From NCBI GenBank assembly GCA_964016885.1, contig CAXHJY010001165.1, forward strand, positions 1 to 42,195: a stretch of DNA of 42,195 nucleotides, in the 5' to 3' direction. This document shows positions 15,279-29,760 of the stretch, piece by piece. Every line of letters begins with the position of its first letter. Within the stretch, counting starts at the first letter, position 1. The notes beneath the pieces are model-generated. The model saw only the letters and a program-made list of their open reading frames with translations. It was not told the origin of the DNA and ran no database searches. The position numbers and the translations under genes were made by a program. This DNA comes from Eledone cirrhosa (Eukaryota).

Positions 15279-18200
15279 GTGATAGTATATTTAGTACCAG
15301 TGATAGTTTATTTAGCACAAAGTGATAGTTTATTTAGTACCAGTGATCGTTTATTTAGTACCAGTAATAGTTTATTTAGTACCAGTAATAGTTTATTTAG
15401 TACCAGTAATAGTTTATTTAGCACCAGTAATAGTTTATTTAGTACCAGTGATAGTTTATTTAGCACAAAGTGATAGTTTATTTAGTACCAGTGATAGTTT
15501 ATTTAGTACCATTGATAGTTTATTTAATACCGGTGATAGTTTATTTAGCACCAGTGATAGTTTATTCAGCACCAGTAATAGTTTATTTAGCACCAGTAAT
15601 AGTTTATTTAGCACCAGTGATGGTTTATTTAGCACCAGTGATCCTTTATTTAGTACCAGTAATAGTTTATTTAGCACCAGTAATAGTTTATTTAGCACAA
15701 GTGATGGTTTATTTAGCACCAGTGATCGTTTATTTAGTACCAGTAATAGTTTATTTAGCACCAGTAATAGTTTATTTAGTACCAGTGATCGTTTATTTAG
15801 TACCAGTGATAGTTTATTTAGCACCAGTGATAGTTTATTTAGTACCAGTGATGGTTACTTTAGTACCAGTGATAGTTTATTTAGCACCAGTGATAGTTTA
15901 TTTAGTACCAGTGATGGTTTATTTATCACCAGTGATGGTCTATTTAGTACCAGTGATAGTTTATTTAGCACCAGTGATAGTTTATTTAGCACTAGCGATG
16001 TTCTATTTAGCACCAGTGATAGTTTATTTAGTACCAATGATAGTTTATTTAGCACCAGTGATAGTTTAATTAGCACTAGAGATGGTTTATCTAGCACCAG
16101 TGATAGTTTATTTAGTACCAGTGATAATTTATTTAGCAGCAATGATAGTTTATATAGTACCAGTGATAGTTTATTTAGCACCAGTTATAGTTTATTTAGC
16201 ACTAGAGATGTTTTATTTAGCACCAGTGATAGTTAATTTAGCACCAGTGATAGTTTATTTAGTACTAGTGATAGTTTATTTAGCCCTAGAGATGGTTTAT
16301 TTAGCACCAGTGATAGTTTATTTAGCACTAGAGATGGTTTACTTAGAACCAGTGATAGTTAATTTAGCACCAGTGATAGTTTATTTAGTACTACTGATAG
16401 TTTATTTAGCACCAGTGATAGTTTATTTAGCACCTGTGGTAGTTTATTTAGCACCAGTGATAGTTTATTTAGCATCAGTGATAGTATATATAGTACCAGA
16501 GATAGTTTATTTAGCACCAGTGATAGTTTATTTAGCACTAGAGATGGTTTATTTAGCACCAGTGATAGTTAATTTAGCACCAGTGATAGTTATTTAGTAC
16601 TAGTGATAGTTTATTTAGCACCAGTGATAGTTTATTTAGCACCAGTGATAGTTTCTGTAGCACTAGAGATGGTTTATTTAGCACCAGTGATAGTTTTTCT
16701 AGTACCAGTGATAGTTTATTTAGCACCAGTGATAGTTTATTTAGCACCAGTGATAGTTTATTTAGTACCAGTGATAGTTTATTTAGTACCAGTGATAGTT
16801 TATTTAGTACCAGTGATAGTTTATTTAGTACCAGTGATAGCTTATTTAGTACCGGTGATAGTTTATTTAGCACTAGAGATGATTTATTTAGCACCAGTGA
16901 TAGTTTACTTAGCACTAGAGATGGTTTATCTAGCACCAGTGATAGTTTATTAAGCACCAGTGATAGTTTATTTAGCACCAGTGATAGTTTATTTAGTACC
17001 AGTGATAGTTTATTTAGCTCCAGTGATGGTTTATTTAGCACCAGTGATAGTTTATTTAGCACCAGTGATAGTTTATTTAGTACCAGTGATAGTTTATTTA
17101 GTACTAGTGATAGTTTATTTAGCACCAGTTATATTTTATTTAGTACCAGTGATAGTTTATTTAGCACCAGTGATAGTTTATTTAGTACCAGTGATAGTTT
17201 ATTTAATACCAGTGATAATTTATTTAGTACCAGAGATACTTTATTTAGTACACTGATAGTTTATTTAGTACCAGTGATAGTTTATTTAGTACCAGTGATA
17301 CTTTATTTAGCATCAGTGATATTGTATTTAGCACTAGTGATAGTTTATTTAGTACCAGTGATAGGTTATTTAGCACTAGAGATGGTTTATTTAGCACCAG
17401 TGATAGTTTATTTGGTAACAGTGATAGTTTATTTAGTCCCAGTGATAATTTCTTCAGCACCAGTGATAGCTTACTTAGCACTAGAGAAGGTTTATTTGAC
17501 ACCAGTGATAGGTTATTTAGTACCAGTGATAGTTTATTTAGCACCAGTGATAGTTATTTAGCACCAGTAATAGTTTATTTAGTACCAGTGATGGTTTATT
17601 TATCACCAGTGATGGTTTATTTAGTACCAGTGATAGTTTATTTAGTACCACTGATGGTTTATTTAGTACCAGTGATAGTTTATTTAGTACCAGTGATAGT
17701 TTATTCAGCACCAGTGATAGTTTACTTAGTACCAGTGATGGTTTATTTATCACCAGTGATGGTTTATTTAGTACCAGTGATAGTTTATTTAGCACCAGTT
17801 ATAGTTTATTTAGCACCAGTGATAGTTTATTTAGCACCAGTAATATTTTATTTAGTACCAGTGATAGTTTATTTTGTACCAGTGATAGTTTATTTAGCAC
17901 CAGTGATAGTTTATTTAGCAACAGTGATAGTTTATCTAGTACCAGTGATAGTTTATTTAATACCAGTGATAATTTATTTAGTACCAGTGATACTTTATTT
18001 AGTACAGTGATAGTTTATTTAGTACCAGTGATAGTTTATTTAGTACCAGTGATATTTTATTTAGCATCAGTGTTATTTTATTTAGCACCAGTGATAGTTT
18101 ATTTAATACCGGTGATAGTTTATTTAGCACCAGTGATAGTTTATTCAGCACCAGTAATAGTTTATTTAGCACCAGTGATAGTTTATTTAGCACCAGTGGT

Positions 18201-19170
18201 AGTTTATTTAGCACCAGTGATAGTTAATTTAGCACCAGTGATAGTTTATTTAGTACTACTGATAGTTTATTTAGCACCAGTGATAGTTTATTTAGCACCA
18301 GTGATAGTTTATTTAGCACCAGTGATAGTTTATGTTGCACCAGCGGTAGTTTATTTAGTACCAGTGATAGTTTATGTAGCACTAGAGATGGTTAATTTAG
18401 CACCAGTGATAGTTTATTTAGTACTAGAGATGGTTTATTTAGCACCAGTGATAATCTATTTAGCACCAGTGATAGTATATATAGTACCAGAGATAGTTTA
18501 TCTAGCACCAGTGATAGTTTATTTAGCACTAGAGATGGTTTATTTAGCACCAATGATAGTTTATTTAGTACTAGTGATAGTTTATTTAGCACCAGTGATA
18601 GTTTATTTAGCACCAGTGATAGTTTATCTAGTACCAGTGATAGTTTCTTTAGCACCAGTGATAGTTTATTTAGCACCAGTGATAGTTTATTTAGTACCAG
18701 TGATAGTTTATTTAGTACCAGTGATAGTATATTTAGTACCAGTGATAGTTTATTTAGTACCAGTGATAGTTTATTTAGTATCGGTGATAGTTTATTTAGC
18801 ACTAGAGATGATTTATTTAGCACCAGTGATAGTTCACTTAGCACTAGAGATGGTTTATCTAGCACCAGTGATAGTTTATTAAGCACCAGTGATAGTTTAG
18901 TTAGCACCAGTGATAGTTTATTTTGTACCAGTGATAGTTTATTTAGCACCAGTGATAGTTTATTTAGTACCAGCGATAGTTTATTTAGTACCAGTGATAG
19001 TTTATTTAGTACCAGTGATAGTTTATTTGGTACCAGTGATAGTTTATTTAGTACCGGTGATAGTTTATTTAGCACTAGAGATGGTTTATTTAGCACCAGT
19101 GATAGTTTATTCAGCACCAGTGATAGTTTATTAAACACCAGTGATGGTTTATTTAGCACCAGTGATAGTT
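14420..19170 (+). repeat. Dispersed copy of ~1340-6230 at an offset of ~13.0-13.1 kb
   Basis: ORF pairs 1395/14478, 2239/15322 and 2999/16082 (offset 13083), 3856/16960 (13104) and 4987/18007 (13020). Shared rare variants GGTTACTTT, CTAGCGATGTTC and GCAGCAATG. Confidence 0.85.
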
Positions 19171-20614
19171 TATTTAGTACCAGTGATAGTTTATTTAGTA
19201 CCAGTGATATTTCATTTAGCATCAGTGATATTTTATTTAGCACTAGTGATAGTTTATTTAGTACCAGTGATGGTTTATTTATCACCAGTGATGGTCTATT
19301 TAGTACCAGTGATAGTTTATTTAGTACCAGTGTTAGTTTATTTAGCACCAGTGATAGTTTATTTAGTACCAGTGATAGTTTATTTAGCACCAGTGATAGT
19401 TTATTTAGTACCAGTGATAGTTTATTTAGCACCAGTGATAGTTTATTTAGTACCAGTGATAGTTTATTTAGTACCAGTGATAGTTTATTTAGCACCAGTG
19501 ATAGTTTATGTTGCACCAGCGGTAGTTTATTTAGTACCAGTGATAGTTTATGTAGCACTAGAGATGGTTAATTTAGCACCAGTGATAGTTTATTTAGTAC
19601 TAGAGATGGTTTATTTAGCACCAGTGATAATTTATTTAGCACCAGTGATAGTATATATAGTACCAGAGATAGTTTATTTAGCACCAGTGATAGTTTATTT
19701 AGTACTAGTGATAGTTTATTTAGCACCAGTGATAGTTTATTTAGCACCAGTGATAGTTTCTGTAGCACTAGAGATGGTTTATTTAGCACCAGTGATAGTT
19801 TATCTAGTACCAGTGATAGTTTCTCTAGCACCAGTGATAGTTTATTTAGCACCAGTGATAGTTTATTTAGTACCAGTGATAGTTTATTTAGTACCAGTGA
19901 TAGTTTATTTAGTACCAGTGATAGTTTATTTAGTACCAGTGATAGTTTATTTAGTACTAGTGATAGTTTATTTAGCACCAGTTATATTTTATTTAGTACC
20001 AGTGATAGTTTATTTAGCACCAGTGATAGTTTATTTAGTACCAGTGATAGTTTATTTAATACCAGTGATAATTTATTTAGTACCAGAGATACTTTATTTA
20101 GTACACTGATAGTTTATTTAGTACCAGTGATAGTTTATTTAGTACCAGTGATACTTTATTTAGCATCAGTGATATTGTATTTAGCACTAGTGATAGTTTA
20201 TTTAGTACCAGTGATAGTTTATTTAGCACTAGAGATGGTTTATTTAGCACCAGTGATAGTTTATTTGGTAACAGTGATAGTTTATTTAGTCCCAGTGATA
20301 CTTTATTTAGCACCAGTGATAGTTTACTTAGCACTAGAGAAGGTTTATTTGACACCAGTGATAGGTTATTTAGTACCAGTGATAGTTTATTTAGCACCAG
20401 TGATAGTTATTTAGCACCAGTAATAGTTTATTTAGTACCAGTGATGGTTTATTTATCACCAGTGATGGTTTATTTAGTACCAGTGATAGTTTATTTAGTA
20501 CCACTGATGGTTTATTTAGTACCAGTGATAGTTTATTTAGTACCAGTGATAGTTTATTCAGCACCAGTGATAGTTTACTTAGTACCAGTGATGGTTTATT
20601 TATCACCAGTGATG

Positions 20615-23600
20615 GTTTATTTAGTACCAGTGATAGTTTATTTAGCACCAGTGATAGTTTATTTAGCACCAGTGATAGTTTATCTAGCACCAGTAATATT
20701 TTATTTAGTACCAGTGATAGTTTATTTTGTACCAGTGATAGTTTATTTAGCACCAGTGATAGTTTATTTAGCCCCAGTGATAGTTTATCTAGTACCAGTG
20801 ATAGTTTATTTAATACCAGTGATAATTTATTTAGTACCAGTGATACTTTATTTAGTACAGTGATAGTTTATTTAGTACCAGTGATAGTTTATTTAGTACC
20901 AGTGATATTTTATTTAGCATCAGTGTTATTTTATTTAGCACCAGTGATAGTTTATTTAATACCGGTGATAGTTTATTTAGCACCAGTGATAGTTTATTCA
21001 GCACCAGTAATAGTTTATTTAGCACCAGTGATAGTTTATTTAGCACCAGTGGTAGTTTATTTAGCACCAGTGATAGTTAATTTAGCACCAGTGATAGTTT
21101 ATTTAGTACTACTGATAGTTTATTTAGCACCAGTGATAGTTTATTTAGCACCTGTGGTAGTTTATTTAGCACCAGTGATAGTTTATCTAGCACCAGTGAT
21201 AGTTTATGTTGCACCAGCGGTGGTTTATTTAGTACCAGTGATAGTTTATGTAGCACTAGAGATGGTTAATTTAGCACCAGTGATAGTTTATTTAGTAATA
21301 GAGATGGTTTATTTAGCACCAGTGATAATTTATTTAGCACCAGTGATAGTATATATAGTACCAGAGATAGTTTATCTAGCACCAGTGATAGTTTATTTAG
21401 CACTAGAGATGGTTTATTTAGCACCAGTGATAGTTTATTTAGTACTAGTGATAGTTTATTTAGCACCAGTGATAGTTTATTTAGCACCAGTGATAGTTTC
21501 TGTAGCACTAGAGATGGTTTATTTAGCACCAGTGATAGTTTATCTAGTACCAGTGATAGTTTCTTTAGCACCAGTGATAGTTTATTTAGCACCAGTGATA
21601 GTTTATTTAGTACCAGTGATAGTTTATTTAGTACCAGTGATAGTTTATTTAGTACCAGTGATAGTTTATTTAGTACCAGTGATAGTTTATTTAGTACCGG
21701 TGATAGTTTATTTAGCACTAGAGATGATTTATTTAGCACCAGTGATAGTTTACTTAGCGCTAGAGAGGGTTTATCTAGCACCAGTGATAGTTTATTAAGC
21801 ACCAGTGATAGTTTATTTAGCACCAGTGATAGTTTATTTTGTACCAGTGATAGTTTATTTAGCACCAGTGATAGTTTATTTAGCACCAGTGATAGTTTAT
21901 TTAGTACCATTGATAGTTTATTTAGTACCAGTGATAGTTTATTTAGCACCAGTGATAGTTTATTTAGTACCAGCGATAGTTTATTTAGTACCAGTGATAG
22001 TTTATTTAGTACCAGTGATAGTTTATTTGGTACCAGTGATAGTTTATTTGGTACCGGTGATAGTTTATTTAGCACTAGAGATGGTTTATTTAGCACCAGT
22101 GATAGTTTATTCAGCACCAGTGATAGTTTATTAAACACCAGTGATGGTTTATTTAGCACCAGTGATAGTTTATTTAGTACCAGTGATAGTTTATTTAGTA
22201 CCAGTGATATTTCATTTAGCATCAGTGATATTTTATTTAGCACTAGTGATAGTTTATTTAGTACCAGTGATGGTTTATTTATCACCAGTGATGGTCTATT
22301 TAGTACCAGTGATAGTTTATTTAGTACCAGTGTAATTTTATTTAGCACCAGTGATAGTTTATTTAGTACCAGTGATAGTTTATTTAGCACCAGTGATAGT
22401 TTATTTAGTACCAGTGATAGTTTATTTAGCACCAGTGATAGTTTATTTAGTACCAGTGATAGTTTATTTAGTACCAGTGATAGTTTATTTAGCACCAGTG
22501 ATAGTTTATGTTGCACCAGCGGTAGTTTATTTAGTACCAGTGATAGTTTATGTAGCACTAGAGATGGTAATTTAGCACCAGTGATAGTTTATTTAGTATT
22601 AGAGATGGTTTATTTAGCACCAGTGATAATTTATTTAGCACCAGTGATAGTATATATAGTACCAGAGATAGTTTATTTAGCACCAGTGATAGTTTATTTA
22701 GCACTAGAGATGGTTTATTTAGCACCAGTGATAGTTTATTTAGTACTAGTGATAGTTTATTTAGCACCAGTGATAGTTTATTTAGCACCAGTGATAGTTT
22801 CTGTAGCACTAGAGATGGTTTATTTAGCACCAGTGATAGTTTATCTAGTACCAGTGATAGTTTCTTTAGCACCAGTGATAGTTTATTTAGCACCAGTGAT
22901 AGTTTATTTAGTACCAGTGATAGTTTATTTAGTACCAGTGATAGTTTATTTAGTACCAGTGATAGTTTATTTAGTACCAGTGATAGTTTATTTAGTACCG
23001 GTGATAGTTTATGTAGCACTAGAGATGATTTATTTAGCACCAGTGATAGTTTACTTAGCACTAGAGATGGTTTATCTAGCACCAGTGATAGTTTATTAAG
23101 CACCAGTGATAGTTTATTTAGCACCAGTGATAGTTTATTTTGTACCAGTGATAGTTTATTTAGCACCAGTGATAGTTTATTTAGCACCAGTGATAGTTTA
23201 TTTAGTACCATTGATAGTTTATTTAGTACCAGTGATAGTTTATTTAGTACCAGTGATAGTTTATTTGGTACCAGTGATAGTTTATTTAGTACCGGTGATA
23301 GTTTATTTAGCACTAGAGATGGTTTATTTAGCACCAGTGATAGTTTATTCAGCACCAGTGATAGTTTATTAAACACCAGTGATGGTTTATTTAGCACCAG
23401 TGATAGTTTATTTAGTACCAGTGATAGTTTATTTAGTACCAGTGATATTTCATTTAGCATCAGTGATATTTTATTTAGCACTAGTGATAGTTTATTTAGT
23501 ACCAGTGATGGTTTATTTATCACCAGTGATGGTCTATTTAGTACCAGTGATAGTTTATTTAGTACCAGTGTTAGTTTATTTAGCACCAGTGATAGTTTAT

Positions 23601-26600
23601 TTAGTACCAGTGATAGTTTATTTAGCACCAGTGATAGTTTATTTAGTACCAGTGATAGTTTATTTAGCACAAAGTAATAGTTTATTTAGTACCAGTGATA
23701 GTTTATTTAGTACCAGTAATAGTTTATTTAGTACCAGTGATAGTTTATTTAGCACAAAGTGATAGTTTATTTAGTACCAGTGATAGTTTATTCAGTACCA
23801 GTGATAGTTTATTTAGTACCGGTGATGGTTTATTTAGCACCAGTGATAGTTTATTTAGTACCAGTGATAGTTTATTTAGTACAAGTGATAGTTTATTTAG
23901 TACCGGTGATAGTTTATTTAGTACCAGTGATAGTTTATTTAGTACCAGTGATAGTTTATTTAGTACCGGTGATAGTTTATTTAGTACCAGTGATAGTTTA
24001 TTTAGTACCAGTGATAGTTTATTTAGTACCAGTGATAGTTTATTTAGTACCAGTGATATTTTATTTAGCACCAGTGATAGTTTATTTAGCACCAGTGATG
24101 GGTTATTTAGCACCAGTTATCGTTTATTTAGTACCAGTAATAGTTTATTTAGCACCAGTAATAGTTTTTTTAGCACCAGTAATAGTTTATTTAGTACCAG
24201 TAATGGTTTATTTAGCACCAGTAATAGTTTATTTAGCACCAGTAATAGTTTATTTAGTACAAGTGATAGTTTATTTAGTACCGGTGATAGTTTATTTAGT
24301 ACCAGTGATAGTTTATTTAGCACCAGTGATAGTTTATTTAGCACCAGTGATAGTTTATCTAGCACCAGTAATATTTTATTTAGTACCAGTGATAGTTTAT
24401 TTTGTACCAGTGATAGTTTATTTAGCACCAGTGATAGTTTATTTAGCCCCAGTGATAGTTTATCTAGTACCAGTGATAGTTTATTTAATACCAGTGATAA
24501 TTTATTTAGTACCAGTGATACTTTATTTAGTACAGTGATAGTTTATTTAGTACCAGTGATAGTTTATTTAGTACCAGTGATATTTTATTTAGCATCAGTG
24601 TTATTTTATTTAGCACCAGTGATAGTTTATTTAATACCGGTGATAGTTTATTTAGCACCAGTGATAGTTTATTCAGCACCAGTAATAGTTTATTTAGCAC
24701 CAGTGATAGTTTATTTAGCACCAGTGGTAGTTTATTTAGCACCAGTGATAGTTAATTTAGCACCAGTGATAGTTTATTTAGTACTACTGATAGTTTATTT
24801 AGCACCAGTGATAGTTTATTTAGCACCTGTGGTAGTTTATTTAGCACCAGTGATAGTTTATCTAGCACCAGTGATAGTTTATGTTGCACCAGCGGTGGTT
24901 TATTTAGTACCAGTGATAGTTTATGTAGCACTAGAGATGGTTAATTTAGCACCAGTGATAGTTTATTTAGTAATAGAGATGGTTTATTTAGCACCAGTGA
25001 TAATTTATTTAGCACCAGTGATAGTATATATAGTACCAGAGATAGTTTATCTAGCACCAGTGATAGTTTATTTAGCACTAGAGATGGTTTATTTAGCACC
25101 AGTGATAGTTTATTTAGTACTAGTGATAGTTTATTTAGCACCAGTGATAGTTTATTTAGCACCAGTGATAGTTTCTGTAGCACTAGAGATGGTTTATTTA
25201 GCACCAGTGATAGTTTATCTAGTACCAGTGATAGTTTCTTTAGCACCAGTGATAGTTTATTTAGCACCAGTGATAGTTTATTTAGTACCAGTGATAGTTT
25301 ATTTAGTACCAGTGATAGTTTATTTAGTACCAGTGATAGTTTATTTAGTACCAGTGATAGTTTATTTAGTACCGGTGATAGTTTATTTAGCACTAGAGAT
25401 GATTTATTTAGCACCAGTGATAGTTTACTTAGCGCTAGAGAGGGTTTATCTAGCACCAGTGATAGTTTATTAAGCACCAGTGATAGTTTATTTAGCACCA
25501 GTGATAGTTTATTTTGTACCAGTGATAGTTTATTTAGCACCAGTGATAGTTTATTTAGCACCAGTGATAGTTTATTTAGTACCATTGATAGTTTATTTAG
25601 TACCAGTGATAGTTTATTTAGCACCAGTGATAGTTTATTTAGTACCAGCGATAGTTTATTTAGTACCAGTGATAGTTTATTTAGTACCAGTGATAGTTTA
25701 TTTGGTACCAGTGATAGTTTATTTGGTACCGGTGATAGTTTATTTAGCACTAGAGATGGTTTATTTAGCACCAGTGATAGTTTATTCAGCACCAGTGATA
25801 GTTTATTAAACACCAGTGATGGTTTATTTAGCACCAGTGATAGTTTATTTAGTACCAGTGATAGTTTATTTAGTACCAGTGATATTTCATTTAGCATCAG
25901 TGATATTTTATTTAGCACTAGTGATAGTTTATTTAGTACCAGTGATGGTTTATTTATCACCAGTGATGGTCTATTTAGTACCAGTGATAGTTTATTTAGT
26001 ACCAGTGTAATTTTATTTAGCACCAGTGATAGTTTATTTAGTACCAGTGATAGTTTATTTAGCACCAGTGATAGTTTATTTAGTACCAGTGATAGTTTAT
26101 TTAGCACCAGTGATAGTTTATTTAGTACCAGTGATAGTTTATTTAGTACCAGTGATAGTTTATTTAGCACCAGTGATAGTTTATGTTGCACCAGCGGTAG
26201 TTTATTTAGTACCAGTGATAGTTTATGTAGCACTAGAGATGGTAATTTAGCACCAGTGATAGTTTATTTAGTATTAGAGATGGTTTATTTAGCACCAGTG
26301 ATAATTTATTTAGCACCAGTGATAGTATATATAGTACCAGAGATAGTTTATTTAGCACCAGTGATAGTTTATTTAGCACTAGAGATGGTTTATTTAGCAC
26401 CAGTGATAGTTTATTTAGTACTAGTGATAGTTTATTTAGCACCAGTGATAGTTTATTTAGCACCAGTGATAGTTTCTGTAGCACTAGAGATGGTTTATTT
26501 AGCACCAGTGATAGTTTATCTAGTACCAGTGATAGTTTCTTTAGCACCAGTGATAGTTTATTTAGCACCAGTGATAGTTTATTTAGTACCAGTGATAGTT

Positions 26601-27964
26601 TATTTAGTACCAGTGATAGTTTATTTAGTACCAGTGATAGTTTATTTAGTACCAGTGATAGTTTATTTAGTACCGGTGATAGTTTATGTAGCACTAGAGA
26701 TGATTTATTTAGCACCAGTGATAGTTTACTTAGCACTAGAGATGGTTTATCTAGCACCAGTGATAGTTTATTAAGCACCAGTGATAGTTTATTTAGCACC
26801 AGTGATAGTTTATTTTGTACCAGTGATAGTTTATTTAGCACCAGTGATAGTTTATTTAGCACCAGTGATAGTTTATTTAGTACCATTGATAGTTTATTTA
26901 GTACCAGTGATAGTTTATTTAGTACCAGTGATAGTTTATTTGGTACCAGTGATAGTTTATTTAGTACCGGTGATAGTTTATTTAGCACTAGAGATGGTTT
27001 ATTTAGCACCAGTGATAGTTTATTCAGCACCAGTGATAGTTTATTAAACACCAGTGATGGTTTATTTAGCACCAGTGATAGTTTATTTAGTACCAGTGAT
27101 AGTTTATTTAGTACCAGTGATATTTCATTTAGCATCAGTGATATTTTATTTAGCACTAGTGATAGTTTATTTAGTACCAGTGATGGTTTATTTATCACCA
27201 GTGATGGTCTATTTAGTACCAGTGATAGTTTATTTAGTACCAGTGTTAGTTTATTTAGCACCAGTGATAGTTTATTTAGTACCAGTGATAGTTTATTTAG
27301 CACCAGTGATAGTTTATTTAGTACCAGTGATAGTTTATTTAGCACAAAGTAATAGTTTATTTAGTACCAGTGATAGTTTATTTAGTACCAGTAATAGTTT
27401 ATTTAGTACCAGTGATAGTTTATTTAGCACAAAGTGATAGTTTATTTAGTACCAGTGATAGTTTATTCAGTACCAGTGATAGTTTATTTAGTACCGGTGA
27501 TGGTTTATTTAGCACCAGTGATAGTTTATTTAGTACCAGTGATAGTTTATTTAGTACAAGTGATAGTTTATTTAGTACCGGTGATAGTTTATTTAGTACC
27601 AGTGATAGTTTATTTAGTACCAGTGATAGTTTATTTAGTACCGGTGATAGTTTATTTAGTACCAGTGATAGTTTATTTAGTACCAGTGATAGTTTATTTA
27701 GTACCAGTGATAGTTTATTTAGTACCAGTGATATTTTATTTAGCACCAGTGATAGTTTATTTAGCACCAGTGATGGGTTATTTAGCACCAGTTATCGTTT
27801 ATTTAGTACCAGTAATAGTTTATTTAGCACCAGTAATAGTTTTTTTAGCACCAGTAATAGTTTATTTAGTACCAGTAATGGTTTATTTAGCACCAGTAAT
27901 AGTTTATTTAGCACCAGTAATAGTTTATTTAGTACAAGTGATAGTTTATTTAGTACCGGTGATA
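20615..27964 (+). repeat. Tandem duplication of a 3,675-bp (175 x 21) block: ~20615-24289 and ~24290-27964
   Basis: Identical ORFs at a constant +3675 offset (20852/24527, 21266/24941, 22141/25816, 22558/26233, 23379/27054, 23745/27420). Shared private variants GTGTAATTTT, GATGGTAATTT and GCGCTAGAGAGGG. Confidence 0.92.
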
Positions 27965-29760
27965 GTTTATTTAGTACCAGTGATAGTTTATTTAGCACCA
28001 GTGATAGTTTATTTAGTACCAGTGATAGTTTATTTAGTACCAGTGATAGTTTATTTAGCACAAAGTGATAGTTTATTTAGTACCAGTGATAGTTTATTTA
28101 GTACCAGTAATAGTTTATTTAGTACCAGTGATAGTTTATTTAGCACAAAGTGATAGTTTATTTAGTACCAGTGATAGTTTATTTAGTACCAGTGATAGTT
28201 TATTTAGTACCGGTGATGGTTTATTTAGCACCAGTGATAGTTTATTTAGTACCAGTGATAGTTTATTTAGTACAAGTGATAGTTTATTTAGTACCGGTGA
28301 TAGTTTATTTAGTACCAGTGATAGTTTATTTAGCACCAGTGATAGTTTATTTAGCACCAGTGATAGTTTATTTAGTACCAGTGATAGTTTATTTAGTACC
28401 AGTGATAGTTTATTTAGCACAAAGTGATAGTTTATTTAGTACCAGTGATAGTTTATTTAGTACCAGTAATAGTTTATTTAGTACCAGTGATAGTTTATTT
28501 AGCACAAAGTGATAGTTTATTTAGTACCAGTGATAGTTTATTTAGTACCAGTGATAGTTTATTTAGTACCGGTGATGGTATATTTAGCACCAGTGATAGT
28601 TTATTTAGTACCAGTGATAGTTTATTTAGTACAAGTGATAGTTTATTTAGTACCGGTGATAGTTTATTTAGTACCAGTGATAGTTTATTTAGTACCAGTG
28701 ATAGTTTATTTAGTACCGGTGATAGTTTATTTAGTACCAGTGATAGTTTATTTAGTACCAGTGATATTTTATTTAGCACCAGTGATAGTTTATTTAGCAC
28801 CAGTGATGGGTTATTTAGCACCAGTTATCGTTTATTTAGTACCAGTAATAGTTTATTTAGCACCAGTGATAGTTTATTTAGCACTAGAGATGGTTTATTT
28901 TGCACCAGTGATAGTTTATTCAGCACCAGTAATAGTTTATTTAGCACCAGTAATAGTTTATTTAGTACCAGTGATAGTTTATTTAGCACAAAGTGATAGT
29001 TTATTTAGTACCAGTGATAGTTTATTTAGCACAAAGTGATAGTTTATTTAGTACCAGTGATCGTTTATTTAGTACCGGTAATAGTTTATTTAGTACCAGT
29101 AATAGTTTATTTAGTACCAGTAATAGTTTATTTAGCACCAGTAATAGTTTATTTAGTACCAGTGATAGTTTATTTAGCACAAAGTGATAGTTTATTTAGT
29201 ACCAGTGATAGTTTATTTAGTACCAGTGATAGTTTATTTAATACCGGTGATAGTTTATTTAGCACCAGTGATAGTTTATTCAGCACCATTGATAGTTTAT
29301 TTAGCACCAGTAATAGTTTATTTAGCACCAGTGATGGTTTATTTAGCACAAGTGATCCTTTATTTAGTACCAGTAATAGTTTATTTAGCACCAGTAATAG
29401 TTTATTAAGCACAAGTGATGGTTTATTTAGCACCAGTGATAGTTTATTTAGTACCAGTGATAGTTTATTTAGTACCAGTGATAGTTTATTTAGCACAAAG
29501 TGATAGTTTATTTAGTACCAGTGATAGTTTATTTAGTACCAGTAATAGTTTATTTAGTACCAGTGATAGTTTATTTAGCACAAAGTGATAGTTTATTTAG
29601 TACCAGTGATAGTTTATTTAGTACCAGTGATAGTTTATTTAGTACCGGTGATGGTTTATTTAGCACCAGTGATAGTTTATTTAGTACCAGTGATAGTTTA
29701 TTTAGTACAAGTGATAGTTTATTTAGTACCGGTGATAGTTGATTTAGTACCAGTGATAGT
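27330..29760 (+). repeat. Dispersed copy of ~9420-11930 at an offset of ~17.8-17.9 kb
   Basis: ORF pairs 9524/27434, 10155/28065 and 10514/28424 (offset 17910), then 11167/28993 and 11674/29500 (offset 17826, a loss of 4 monomers). Confidence 0.8.

Noticed and set aside
21266-23670. Leucine-zipper or LRR-like appearance of the LNKLSLV heptads
   Set aside because: The heptad period is simply 21/3. There is no non-repetitive protein context or sign of codon-level constraint.
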